Program-made: the position numbers and the translations under genes | Notes under the pieces: generated by a model | The model's database searches: none | Told to the model about the DNA's origin: nothing | What the model saw: the letters and a program-made list of their open reading frames with translations, nothing else | Assembly (NCBI GenBank): GCA_012960225.1 | Contig: DUBS01000003.1 | Span: 12,145 to 76,144, forward strand | Length of the DNA stretch: 64,000 nucleotides | Source of the DNA: Gemmatimonadota bacterium | Lineage (GTDB): Bacteria > Gemmatimonadota > Gemmatimonadetes > Longimicrobiales > Gaopeijiaceae | Direction of reading: 5' to 3' | In this document: in pieces, positions 1-9,684 of the stretch | How the letters are laid out: each line of letters starts with the position of its first letter | Position numbering within the stretch: the stretch's first letter is position 1

Positions 1-2
1 CT

Positions 3-677
3 GACGGGTTAATCGCGGCAATTCCTGACTATTGGCTAAGCGGGGGGGGAGTGAAAAGTCGAGTGGCGTTCGTCCGGACTGATGACCTAACCGTTCTGGC
101 AAACCCCAAACTATGCCCAGCACCTCACGATGCGGTCTTCTCACCAAGCGGAGACCGGGTAGCAGTGACCTGCCCGCTCAGTGACGAGTTGGTGATCATA
201 GCAACTGCCGGATTTATTGAAATTAACCGTCTTACCGTCGGGGAGGCCGGAGGCAGGCCCTTGAATGCGGCCTGGATGCCAGAAGGGAAAAACCTTCTAG
301 TGACATTGGCTAATGGGAGTAAAACCCTGGAGCTAGAGATCAGCAAGAAAATTCGTGAAAGCTCTCAAATAATCACCGGCAGCCAGCCAGCTCAGTTGGC
401 AATCGCCCCTGGTGGATCAACCGTAGTTGTTGCAAACAGAGGTTCTGGCTCCGTAACAATTGCCACTTTAGACGGTGCTAAGTCTACTGAAATCGATGTG
501 CCTGGGCCACACCCACATGGTGTCGCATTTGGTCAGGACCCAACCGTAGTGTACGTGACTTACGAGGGAGACACACGGACGCTCGGTGGAGTAGTTGCGA
601 TCGATGTGGACACTGGAGAGATACTTTGGCGAACTGAAGTAGGGAGTTTTACCCTTGGCGTGGCGGTATTGCCTTAG
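3..677 (+). CDS. YVTN/YncE-like beta-propeller repeat protein; 5' end probably lies outside the window
   Basis: The frame is open from nt 3, with no stop upstream of the GTG at 51. It has repeated short beta-strand blades (SPSGDRVAVT, PGGSTVVVANRGSGSVT, PHGVAF, VVYVTYEGD). Confidence 0.55.
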   Translation, partial: DGLIAAIPDYWLSGGGVKSRVAFVRTDDLTVLANPKLCPAPHDAVFSPSGDRVAVTCPLSDELVIIATAGFIEINRLTVGEAGGRPLNAAWMPEGKNLLVTLANGSKTLELEISKKIRESSQIITGSQPAQLAIAPGGSTVVVANRGSGSVTIATLDGAKSTEIDVPGPHPHGVAFGQDPTVVYVTYEGDTRTLGGVVAIDVDTGEILWRTEVGSFTLGVAVLP

Positions 678-1144
678 CCATCACTTACTTCGCCAGAAAA
701 ACTGTTGGGTTCATCTCCTGATAACGAGTCCCCCGAGGCCTCCGTCTGGTCTAGTTGAAGTGAGCATGAGTTCAAACAGTAGCGCAGACCAGTCGGCTGT
801 GGACCATCAGGAAAGAGATGGCCAAGGTGACCCCTGCACCGCAAACAATGTACTTCGGTTCTGGTCATCAGGAGTGAACTGTCCGTCTCGGTTTCGACCA
901 CGTCGTTGTCAATTGGCTCATAAAACGAGGGCCAACCTGTACCCGAATCATATTTTGCAGCGGCTGTGAACAGAGGAGATCCGCAACCTCTACATCGATA
1001 GATTCCAGGCTGCTTTTCATCCCAGTACTTTCCCGAAAAGGCCGGTTCGGTACCCTGCTCGCGGAGAACTCTGTACTCCTCACCACTCAGAAGCTCTCTC
1101 CACTCCGCATCAGTTTTGGGACTTCCATCATCCATGGTATTCAC
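674..1144 (-). CDS. msrB: peptide-methionine (R)-S-oxide reductase MsrB
   Basis: Two CxxC zinc motifs (CRGCGSPLF, CLRCRGHLGHLF), GWPSF, and the catalytic RYCLNS. GTG start at 1144, with an alternative ATG at 1135. Confidence 0.9.
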   Translation of the reverse strand: MNTMDDGSPKTDAEWRELLSGEEYRVLREQGTEPAFSGKYWDEKQPGIYRCRGCGSPLFTAAAKYDSGTGWPSFYEPIDNDVVETETDSSLLMTRTEVHCLRCRGHLGHLFPDGPQPTGLRYCLNSCSLQLDQTEASGDSLSGDEPNSFSGEVSDG

Positions 1145-1281
1145 TCCATAAAAGTGGACTCATTTGCCCTTTCGGAGATTCGAGGATCCGCTCGTAACAA
1201 CAGAAAGCTTATGCTGACCATTGACATCGAGCACCTTGGGGCTCCGATTGGCCGGTTCTCCAAGCAAACCAGGAATAAAGA

Positions 1282-1665
1282 ATGAGCGACACTCCACTAC
1301 GCCCCACACCCTGGGATGATATCCCTCTGGAAAATGTCACGGACACCATCAAGCGCCGCTTATTCTCGGGAGAACGCATGATGCTCGCTCACGTGCATCT
1401 TGATAAAGGTGCGATCGTACCGATGCACTCCCATGAAAATGAGCAACTCACATGGATCATCGAAGGGGCACTCCGTTTCTGGATTGGCGAAGAAGGTTCA
1501 GATGACTCCCAAGAGTTTATCGTCTCAGCAGGTGAAACCCTCTACATACCATCGAACGTTCCTCATAAAGCTGAGGCCCTCGAAGACACGTTTGATGTAG
1601 ACGTCTTTTCCCCGCCCCGCCAGGATTGGCTGGACGGCACCGATACTTACTTCCATCAAAAGTGA
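1282..1665 (+). CDS. cupin domain protein
   Basis: Cupin motifs (PMHSHENEQLTWIIEG ... YIPSNVPHKAEA) in a 127-aa protein. Confidence 0.7.
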   Translation: MSDTPLRPTPWDDIPLENVTDTIKRRLFSGERMMLAHVHLDKGAIVPMHSHENEQLTWIIEGALRFWIGEEGSDDSQEFIVSAGETLYIPSNVPHKAEALEDTFDVDVFSPPRQDWLDGTDTYFHQK

Positions 1666-1666
1666 T

Positions 1667-2458
1667 ATGGACCTAGGAATCCAAGGCAAAACAGCACTCG
1701 TATGTGGCTCGAGCCAGGGCCTAGGAAAGGCGATTGCTCATGCACTCGCCATGGAGGGAGTACGCCTGGTTATCAACTCCCGCTCAGCTGATAAGCTTGC
1801 CAATGTCCAGGCTGAGATTGTGGAGGCTACGGGAGCAACCGTTACTAGTATCGCAGCTGATCTCACAGATCCCGAAGGAGTTAATTCACTCGTAGCTCAA
1901 ACTGAAGAAGCTTTTGGAAAGATAGACGTATTGGTCACCAATACTGGGGGACCCGCGGCCGGCCCATTCGAATCGCACACACCCGAAGTATGGAGACACG
2001 CAATTGCCCAGAACTTCGAGAGCGTCGTTAATCTAGTCCGTGCGGTTTTGCCGGGCATGAAGGAGAGCAAGTGGGGGCGGATCGTGAACGTGACATCAAT
2101 CTCGGTCAAGCAACCAGTCGATGGATTGATCCTATCAAATGCGATTCGGGCAGGAGTCACAGGCTTTGCGAAGACTGTCTCAAACGAAGTCGCCCCATTT
2201 AATGTGACAGTAAACAATGTCCTCCCTGGATATACTCGAACAGAGAGGCTGATTCACCTAGCAGAAGTCGTGGCAGAGCGTGATGGTGTTAGCTTGGAAG
2301 GCGCTTACCAGGGCTGGGAACGTGAGATTCCTATGGGTCGCCTCGCGGATCCGGATGAACTGGCTGCGGTTGTGGCCTTCTTGTGTTCCACGCAAGCGTC
2401 TTACGTTACTGGACAATCAATTGCCGTCGATGGCGGCTGGATAAAGGGGCTTGTCTGA
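1667..2458 (+). CDS. SDR family oxidoreductase (FabG-like)
   Basis: Glycine-rich NAD(P)-binding N-terminus (VCGSSQGLGKAIA), an NTGG (NNAG-type) motif and a classical SDR C-terminal core. Confidence 0.85.
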   Translation: MDLGIQGKTALVCGSSQGLGKAIAHALAMEGVRLVINSRSADKLANVQAEIVEATGATVTSIAADLTDPEGVNSLVAQTEEAFGKIDVLVTNTGGPAAGPFESHTPEVWRHAIAQNFESVVNLVRAVLPGMKESKWGRIVNVTSISVKQPVDGLILSNAIRAGVTGFAKTVSNEVAPFNVTVNNVLPGYTRTERLIHLAEVVAERDGVSLEGAYQGWEREIPMGRLADPDELAAVVAFLCSTQASYVTGQSIAVDGGWIKGLV

Positions 2459-3393
2459 TGGGTGCTGTCGGATTCCAAGAAGCTGAATGGATCTGGAGAG
2501 ATGGTGAGTTTGTCCATTGGGAAGACGCAAACCTGCATCTGCTTTCAACAGCTGTTCAGTTTGGTACTTCGGTGTTCGAAGGGATCCGAGCTTACGAAAC
2601 CGATAACGGACCGGCACTTTTTAGACTCAACGCACACATTAGGCGTTTGATGGATTCGGCAAAAATTTACCGGATGGTACCAGAACATCCAGTAGAGCTG
2701 ATCAAGGCCGCATGTTTAGAAACCGTGAGAAAGAACGAACTCACAAACGGCTACATCAGACCGATGGTACTGCGTGGTTATGGATCCCCGGGAATCAACC
2801 CATTTGGGAGCCCTGTGGAAACATTCGTCGCAGCATGGCCGTGGGGTACCTACCTCGGTGAAGAAGCGCTAAAGAATGGCGTAGATGTGTGCGTCTCTTC
2901 CTGGCAACGTGCGCTTCCTAACACGTATCCATCACGAGCCAAAGCTGGCGGCCATTACCTAAGTGCTCAGCTCATGAAGATGGAAGCTATTGAGAACGGG
3001 TACGGAGATGCGATCGCTCTTGGTCCAGATGGACTGGTGAGTGAAGGAAGTGGGATGAACATCTTTTTGGTTCGCGACGGTGTCGTCATTAGTCCGTTCT
3101 TGGATGGAACGTCTCTAGCAGGAATTACTCGCGACGCCGTAATCACCATCGCTCGAGACCTCGGGTATGACGTGAGAGAACAGCACATTCCCCGTGAGAG
3201 CCTCTATACTGCTGACGAGTTATTCTTCACCGGCACTGCTACCGAAGTCACCCCAATCCGAAGTGTGGATGGGATCTTCATTGGTGAGGGAAAGGCTGGA
3301 CCGATCTCCCTAAATTTACAAGCTAACTTCTGGGAAACTGTGAAGGGTGCTAATGATGACCCTCATGGTTGGCTTACCTATGTGAACGACTGA
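2458..3393 (+). CDS. ilvE: branched-chain amino acid aminotransferase
   Basis: Class IV aminotransferase motifs (FEGIRAY, YIRP, EGSGMNIF, TGTA.EVTPI). The ATG at 2458 overlaps the upstream TGA (TGATG). The longer 2383 ORF start lies inside the SDR gene. Confidence 0.9.
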   Translation: MGAVGFQEAEWIWRDGEFVHWEDANLHLLSTAVQFGTSVFEGIRAYETDNGPALFRLNAHIRRLMDSAKIYRMVPEHPVELIKAACLETVRKNELTNGYIRPMVLRGYGSPGINPFGSPVETFVAAWPWGTYLGEEALKNGVDVCVSSWQRALPNTYPSRAKAGGHYLSAQLMKMEAIENGYGDAIALGPDGLVSEGSGMNIFLVRDGVVISPFLDGTSLAGITRDAVITIARDLGYDVREQHIPRESLYTADELFFTGTATEVTPIRSVDGIFIGEGKAGPISLNLQANFWETVKGANDDPHGWLTYVND

Positions 3394-3466
3394 AGCGCCA
3401 GCGCTCTCACCATTTTCCTGCCCTACTCAAATAAGAAACGCTCTAGGGGTGCCACAGCAACTCCTT

Positions 3467-4024
3467 CTACCAGTCCGGACTTTCTTCCTCATCTAGCTTC
3501 CGCAGTTCTTCGCGGAGACGTGCTACATCCTCATCGCTAGGTTCGGTAACCGGAACATATTCACCAGACACAGTCCCGCCTCTGGCGAGCAGCCCTAATA
3601 GCATTCCCGCCCCCAAAATCGCAACTGCAGGCAGAAGGTAGCCGACCAAGTTGAACCCCTCGGGTGGTGGCGCCAGTAGAACCGCTGTCCCGAAATCAGC
3701 TACAAAGCCCGCCTCAACCACCTCGACTGTCTCTCCGCTCTCAAGCGCATCGCGGATGCGTTTGGACCAAACAGGCGATACGCCACACTGCATCTGAAAC
3801 TGGCATGAATGTAGGTCTAAGCCACAGCCACAGTTGCACTTGAGGTCGGACTCTAGGCCGAGAAGTTTGTCCCCTAATTCACCGTCATGGTAGTGGCCTC
3901 CAAGAGGTGCATTTGGATCAAAGCCCGCGTGCGAGGGGCCAGTTGACTGAGCTCGTACAGGAGCTACAAGAAACAGCCCTGACAGAATCAATATCGCTGA
4001 CTTGAGCATCATTTTTCTCATCAT
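3467..4024 (-). CDS. CcmH/NrfF-like Cys-rich membrane-anchored protein
   Basis: Signal peptide from MMRKMMLKSAILIL. A Cys cluster (LKCNCGCGLDLHSCQFQMQC) is followed by a CcmH-like helix, an ..LLAPPP.. segment, one TM helix and an acidic tail. Start chosen at 4024 to avoid overlap with ggt. Confidence 0.4.
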   Translation of the reverse strand: MMRKMMLKSAILILSGLFLVAPVRAQSTGPSHAGFDPNAPLGGHYHDGELGDKLLGLESDLKCNCGCGLDLHSCQFQMQCGVSPVWSKRIRDALESGETVEVVEAGFVADFGTAVLLAPPPEGFNLVGYLLPAVAILGAGMLLGLLARGGTVSGEYVPVTEPSDEDVARLREELRKLDEEESPDW

Positions 4025-4088
4025 TTCTCCGACTGCAGGCTTACTCAAATCTAGATACAAGTTATCCGCGCTCCCACAAGGCTTAAAA

Positions 4089-5789
4089 TCAGTTACCCCG
4101 GGCGCCCGAATCCGGGCTCCTCGGATCTGGAGCACCAATGCGTTCACCGGTAGTCAAGTCAATACCAATTGAATTGGCAGATCCCTGTCTACCCCCTACT
4201 TGAACAATATGGCCCATCTGCTCTAACTGAGACTGTACTTGCGCCGAAATACCATTGGATTCTACCCGTATTCGATCGGGCAACCACTGATGGTGGATTC
4301 GTGGAGCAGCTACCGCCTCCGGAATACTCATTCCGAACTCCACCATATTCAGAATGAGTTGCAACGTTGTGTTGATGATGGTACGCCCTCCCGGTGATCC
4401 AATTACTGCAACCAGTGCTCCGTCTCTGGCCACTATGCTGGGCGACATTGAAGACAGCATACGCTGCTGTGGTCGAGCAAGATTCGCAGCCGTGCCGATT
4501 AACCCGCTTTCATTCGTCAGCCCAGGGCCGGCATTAAAGTCACCCATCTCATTATTCAGCAGAAATCCGGCCCCTGGGACTACAATGCCAGATCCGTAGC
4601 CAGACTCTAGAGTATATGTCACCGAAACTGCCATGCCATTCGCATCAACTACAGAATAGTGAGTTGTCTCAGGGCTCTCAGGGGCCATCTCTATGTCCGT
4701 CGGATGGGAGACCGAGGCGCGTTCAGAATCAATGTTTCTGCGCAGCCAAGTCGCGTGCTTCTTACTCGTCAATCGCTGCACAGGGACATCGCTAAAATCA
4801 GCATCGGCAAGAAATTGAGCACGATCCCGATAAGCCCTGCGCATAGCTTCCGCAAGATGGTGGATATACTCCGCACTATTGTGGCCCATGCCTGGAAGAT
4901 CATACGCTTCGAGAATGTTGAGCATGGTCACAATGGCGACTCCACCTGAACTTGGTGGCGGCATTGAGATGATGTCGTAACCGCGGTATGTGCCTTGGAT
5001 CGTAGCTCGCTCTCTTGCTTGGTACCGAGCTAGGTCTTCTAGGGTGATTAGCCCCTCCCCACGACGCATCTCCGCTGCTATGAGGTCCGCTGTCTCTCCC
5101 TGATAAAATCCGTCTCGGCGATCATCCCGAATGCGCTCAAGAGACCTTGCTAGATCAGGCTGACTCCAGCTCTCACCGATTTGATAGGGTGTGCCACCTT
5201 TGGAAAAAACACTAACAGTAGCTTCATAGGGGCTCCTGCTCGCAAAGCGCTCGATCGAACCTGCTAGAGACTCACTCAATTCAAATCCTTCCCCAGCTAG
5301 GTCAATTGCAGGTTGAACCAAATCTGCCCAAGCGGCTGCGCCATAAAGTCTATGGGCCTTATCAAAACCAGCCACTGTTCCCGGAACCCCAACAGCTTTA
5401 TGTGATCTGTGATGAATATCAGAAGAGTACTCTCCGTTTTCATCGAGCCACATTTTAGCATCTGATGCAAGTGGCGCCTTCTCCCTGAAATCAATGGCTG
5501 TGGACTGCCCGTTAGGAAAACGAATGACCATAAAACCACCACCGCCAATATTTCCGGCTGTCGGATGAGTGACGGCAAGTGCGAAGCCAGTAGCGATTGC
5601 AGCATCAACCGCATTCCCTCCTGAGGACAGAACGTCCGCGCCAACCTGACTCGCGATCCATTGCTGAGAGGACACCATTCCCTCCTGAGATCGGACTGAC
5701 TCAACCTGCTGAGTCGAGATCTTGGACGGCGCTAGAGCAAGAGTGACAACAAAAGCGAACAGAACGGTACGCCAACGGATACTTAGCAT
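4089..5789 (-). CDS. ggt: gamma-glutamyltranspeptidase
   Basis: GGT family motifs (GGGGFMVI, autoprocessing site TTHYSVVD, GSPGG.TII). The signal-peptide start MLSIRWRTVLF at 5789 is preferred over the 5945 ORF start. Confidence 0.9.
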   Translation of the reverse strand: MLSIRWRTVLFAFVVTLALAPSKISTQQVESVRSQEGMVSSQQWIASQVGADVLSSGGNAVDAAIATGFALAVTHPTAGNIGGGGFMVIRFPNGQSTAIDFREKAPLASDAKMWLDENGEYSSDIHHRSHKAVGVPGTVAGFDKAHRLYGAAAWADLVQPAIDLAGEGFELSESLAGSIERFASRSPYEATVSVFSKGGTPYQIGESWSQPDLARSLERIRDDRRDGFYQGETADLIAAEMRRGEGLITLEDLARYQARERATIQGTYRGYDIISMPPPSSGGVAIVTMLNILEAYDLPGMGHNSAEYIHHLAEAMRRAYRDRAQFLADADFSDVPVQRLTSKKHATWLRRNIDSERASVSHPTDIEMAPESPETTHYSVVDANGMAVSVTYTLESGYGSGIVVPGAGFLLNNEMGDFNAGPGLTNESGLIGTAANLARPQQRMLSSMSPSIVARDGALVAVIGSPGGRTIINTTLQLILNMVEFGMSIPEAVAAPRIHHQWLPDRIRVESNGISAQVQSQLEQMGHIVQVGGRQGSANSIGIDLTTGERIGAPDPRSPDSGARGN

Positions 5790-5938
5790 ATCTACCTCGA
5801 AGCGGGACACTTGACGAGCATCATGTGCTTGAAGATCCGACCAACGGGCCTTCAGCGCTAGATTGCCGGCAGCCGAGTCACCGGTTACTTCATTGCCCTC
5901 CAATACCTGAGGGTGGCCGTGCACAAGATCGAGGTGAG

Positions 5939-7069
5939 ATGACAATCAAGAGACGAGACTTCCTTAAGAAGGCTGGTGCAGGGACGGGATTAGCAGCGCT
6001 CGGCGCATGTAGCGGTGGTGAGGGTACAACCGAAGCAGTTGATGGAGGGGTGGTGAGTGGCCCACGTGTAGAATGGAGACTGGCTACGAGCTATCCCCCT
6101 AGTGTCGATATCCTTTACGGGGCGACGGATCGACTCGCCGAACAAGTTTCAGCAGCGACTGGTGGCAACTTCACGATTCGCGTTTATGCACCAGGGGAAA
6201 TCGTACCGCCTCTCCAAGTCATGGACGCCGTCATGCAGGGTACGACGCAATGTGGGTTCTCCCCTGGGTATTACTATACGGGGAAACATCCAGCCTTGGC
6301 TTTTGACACTACCGTCCCATTCGGGTTTGATCCGCGCCAGCAAGTATCATGGCTTACCCACGGAGGTGGGCTTGATCTGATTAATTCGATTTATGCAGAC
6401 TTTGGTGTAATCAGCTTTCCGATGGGGAACACAGCGGGGCAAATGGGTGGTTGGTTCCGTGAACCTGTTGGGGGCCTCTCGGATCTTACGGGACTCAGAA
6501 TGAGGATCCCTGGGATTGGCGGCGAAATCATGTCGAGACTCGGCGTCACAGTTCAGAACCTCGGAGCTCCTGAGATTTACCCAGCACTCGAAAGAGGAGC
6601 AATCGATGCCACTGAGTGGGTTGGGCCACATGACGATGAGAAGCTGGGATTTCATCAAATTGCAAAGAATTACTACTACCCTGGTTGGTGGGAGCCTGGC
6701 TCCACCGCGAGCCTTATGGTCAACAGAGAAGCTTGGGATGAGCTGCCAACTGCGTACCAGGAAATCATAAAGACCGCGTGCGGTGACATACTCTCTTGGA
6801 CGCTAGCTGGGTATGATGAAGCTAATCCAGCTGCACTCCAGCGCTTGATCAAAGAAGAGGGAGTCATGCTCCATGAATTTTCGTTAGAGATCATGGAGGC
6901 AGCATGGAGGGAATCAAACGCCTACCTGGAGGAACAGGCAGCGGCTGATCCTGTATTTCGAACGGTCTTCGAGTCCTTCAGTGCATTCCGGAACCAAGCG
7001 TTTCCCTATTCCGCAGGAAATGAGGGCGCATACGCCAGGTTTACGTTCCCAAAAATCGAAGCAGGATGA
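5939..7069 (+). CDS. dctP: TRAP transporter substrate-binding protein (DctP family) with a Tat-type signal
   Basis: MTIKRRDFLKKAGAG twin-arginine leader and a DctP/COG4663-like core (GWFR, EWVGPHDDEKLGF, YYYPGWWEP). GAGGTG lies just upstream of the ATG at 5939. Confidence 0.85.
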   Translation: MTIKRRDFLKKAGAGTGLAALGACSGGEGTTEAVDGGVVSGPRVEWRLATSYPPSVDILYGATDRLAEQVSAATGGNFTIRVYAPGEIVPPLQVMDAVMQGTTQCGFSPGYYYTGKHPALAFDTTVPFGFDPRQQVSWLTHGGGLDLINSIYADFGVISFPMGNTAGQMGGWFREPVGGLSDLTGLRMRIPGIGGEIMSRLGVTVQNLGAPEIYPALERGAIDATEWVGPHDDEKLGFHQIAKNYYYPGWWEPGSTASLMVNREAWDELPTAYQEIIKTACGDILSWTLAGYDEANPAALQRLIKEEGVMLHEFSLEIMEAAWRESNAYLEEQAAADPVFRTVFESFSAFRNQAFPYSAGNEGAYARFTFPKIEAG

Positions 7070-7113
7070 GTGATAGGAACTCGTGAACGACCGTACCTAC
7101 CCCAACCACCTTA

Positions 7114-7740
7114 TCACGTAAGTTCAGTCTCTAGCGCTCTATAACAATACCAAGCAACTGCGCTGCGCCATGGACGGTAAGGATCGCCGAGTGGTCTGAG
7201 TTCTTTTTTGCTCGGATCCTCTAACATACCCTGCACTTTGGCGTAACCTACCCTCACGGCCAGATCACCCACTGGCCACACATCCGGACGGTGTAACCGG
7301 AACATAAGGTACATATGGGCCGTCCATTCACCGATTCCTTTGACGACGGTCAGCCTGCTCACGATTTCTTCATCAGACTTCATTTCCAGATCGTGTACTT
7401 CTAATTCGCCGGACTGAATCTTTTTCGCCAAATCACGAATCGCGCCCAACTTGTTACCCGAAAGCCCGGCACCGCGGAGTGTAGATTCTGACAAGCGCAA
7501 AACGTTCTCTGGAGAGACATCACGTCCCACAGCTTCAATGAATCGGCCGTGAATCGTGCGAGCCGCCTTCCCAGCGAGTTGCTGATAACAGATCGTCCTG
7601 ACCAAGTAAAAGAAGGGCGTGACGTCTGATACGGGCAGATGTATTGATCCGACACGTCTCACCCAAGGCCCGAAGGTTGGGTCCCTTCTAAGCTTTCTGT
7701 GTCCGCCGACCCAGACGCGAGCGAGCTCTTCTTCAGTCAT
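7114..7740 (-). CDS. HhH-GPD DNA glycosylase (3-methyladenine glycosylase II-like)
   Basis: Helix-hairpin-helix motif (LTVVKGIGEWTAHMYLMF) followed by the PVGD catalytic Asp context. Confidence 0.8.
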   Translation of the reverse strand: MTEEELARVWVGGHRKLRRDPTFGPWVRRVGSIHLPVSDVTPFFYLVRTICYQQLAGKAARTIHGRFIEAVGRDVSPENVLRLSESTLRGAGLSGNKLGAIRDLAKKIQSGELEVHDLEMKSDEEIVSRLTVVKGIGEWTAHMYLMFRLHRPDVWPVGDLAVRVGYAKVQGMLEDPSKKELRPLGDPYRPWRSAVAWYCYRALETELT

Positions 7741-7780
7741 ACGTCCCAGCCTTTCAAAAAGTCGGCAGAGGCTCGCTTAG

Positions 7781-9079
7781 TTATTTCGGAACTGTCACCC
7801 ATATCAATCCAGCAAGAACAACGAGTTGGATTGCGATGAATGGGACCACACCCTTGTACATCGAGATCGTTGGTATCTCAGGGGGAGTGACACCCCTTAG
7901 GTAAAAGAGACTGAACCCGAATGGCGGTGTGAGGAATGATGTCTGGATATTCACCGCCAACACTATTCCAAGCCACACAAGGTCCACACCTAAGATCAAC
8001 GCCGGCGGCACAATAAGTGGAACAATGATGAATGCGATCTCAAAGAAGTCGATAAAGAATCCGAGTACAAAAACCACTAGGTTCACCACGATGAGGAAGC
8101 CCAAGGCTCCGCCCGGGATACCAGTCAATGCACCTTCAATCCAAAGATCTCCTTCCAGGCCACGGAATACGAGAGCAAAGGCAGTTGAGCCAATCAGAAG
8201 AAACACCACCATGATCGTGAGGCGGCTCGTATCCTCCATTGCTGATCTAAGTGCCGACATCGTCAGTGATCGATTGGCCATCGCGAGAAGCATCGCACCC
8301 ACAGCACCAAGCGCTCCCGCTTCTGTTGGTGTAGCGATCCCAGCAAAAATGCTGCCTAGAACGACAATGATGAGAATAAGCGGTGGGAGAAGTGATAGCA
8401 CTACCTGCTTAGCCAACTCCATCCCAGTAGAGCGCATGTGTTCCGGTAGCGCTGGAGCAACTTCCTTATTGAAGAAAGCGAGAATAGCAACGTAGGCTGC
8501 ATATCCTCCGGTGAGGATAAGCCCCGGAACCAATGCAGTGCGGAAGAGATCTCCAACACTGACACCCATCTGGTCACCAAGTACAATCAGGACGATCGAA
8601 GGTGGAATGATCTGCCCCAGTGTACCCGCGGCCGAAATAACCCCAAGGCTGAGTTTTTCATCATACCCGTTACGGAGCATAACGGGGAGCGATATGAGAC
8701 CCATAGCTGTCACGCTAGCTCCTACCACACCGGTTGCAGCTGCAAGCAGCGCCCCGACAAAGATCACGCCAACGGCGAGGCCACCACGAAATCGACCGAA
8801 TAGAACTCCGATTGTCTCAAGGAGTTGCTCAGCAAGCTTGCTCTTCTCAAGGACTGTACCCATGAAAATAAAGAACGGAACCGCAAGCAGAACTTGGTTC
8901 GACATAGTACCGAATGTCCGCTCCGGAAGAGCGTAGAGGAGCACTAGATCGAATTGACCAAACATCGATGCTAATCCGGCAAATATCAGTGCAGTACCAG
9001 CTAGCGAAAACGCCACTGGATACCCGCTGAAGATCATAACAAGAACCCCAATAAACATCGCGGGTCCCCACAAATTCAT
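7781..9079 (-). CDS. dctM: TRAP transporter large permease
   Basis: A 432-aa polytopic membrane protein with DctM-like repeats. Its start overlaps the dctQ stop (ATGA-type overlap). Confidence 0.9.
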   Translation of the reverse strand: MNLWGPAMFIGVLVMIFSGYPVAFSLAGTALIFAGLASMFGQFDLVLLYALPERTFGTMSNQVLLAVPFFIFMGTVLEKSKLAEQLLETIGVLFGRFRGGLAVGVIFVGALLAAATGVVGASVTAMGLISLPVMLRNGYDEKLSLGVISAAGTLGQIIPPSIVLIVLGDQMGVSVGDLFRTALVPGLILTGGYAAYVAILAFFNKEVAPALPEHMRSTGMELAKQVVLSLLPPLILIIVVLGSIFAGIATPTEAGALGAVGAMLLAMANRSLTMSALRSAMEDTSRLTIMVVFLLIGSTAFALVFRGLEGDLWIEGALTGIPGGALGFLIVVNLVVFVLGFFIDFFEIAFIIVPLIVPPALILGVDLVWLGIVLAVNIQTSFLTPPFGFSLFYLRGVTPPEIPTISMYKGVVPFIAIQLVVLAGLIWVTVPK

Positions 9080-9678
9080 GAGCCTGCCTCATGCTGCGAG
9101 TCTACAGTTGAGAGTTCTTGGTCGCCATCACTTCTCAAAATACTTACCTGCTTCAAAATCTGGCTGTAGCCCTGGCCAACCAGCAGAACGAACGAGAGCA
9201 AGATCACCATCTTGATAGGGTACCGCGGGAGGCCACCAGGATCTGGTGACATCTCACGTATGGACCAGGAATTTTGGACTGCAGGCCATGACACGTACAG
9301 CATTACAACGCAGAACGGGATGAGAAAAAGAACGTGCCCTATAAGGTCTATCCAAGCTCGTTTCTTGGGGTTGAGTTCCGAATAGAGTACATCCACGCGA
9401 ACATGTACGTCATGTCTTAACCCATACGCTGCACCCAGTAGGAAAATCAGGCTAAAGAGGTACCATTGCAGCTCAGTCGGAGGAGTAAGATTGAACGAAA
9501 GCCCCAGACCTCTTGAGGAATATCTGAGAACCGCAGTAGCTGCTCCTACGAGCACCATGACCAACGTCAGCCAACGAATCATGGCGCCAATCCTCTCATT
9601 GAAGCCATCGATGGCCCTGGCCACTCTACTCAGGATTGACATGGTCGGGATGATGGGCTGCGTTGCAACTATAGGCAA
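9076..9678 (-). CDS. dctQ: TRAP transporter small permease
   Basis: A roughly 190-200 aa protein with 4 TM helices, immediately upstream of and overlapping dctM. An alternative start is at 9642. Confidence 0.8.
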   Translation of the reverse strand: MPIVATQPIIPTMSILSRVARAIDGFNERIGAMIRWLTLVMVLVGAATAVLRYSSRGLGLSFNLTPPTELQWYLFSLIFLLGAAYGLRHDVHVRVDVLYSELNPKKRAWIDLIGHVLFLIPFCVVMLYVSWPAVQNSWSIREMSPDPGGLPRYPIKMVILLSFVLLVGQGYSQILKQVSILRSDGDQELSTVDSQHEAGS

Positions 9679-9684
9679 TGAGTC

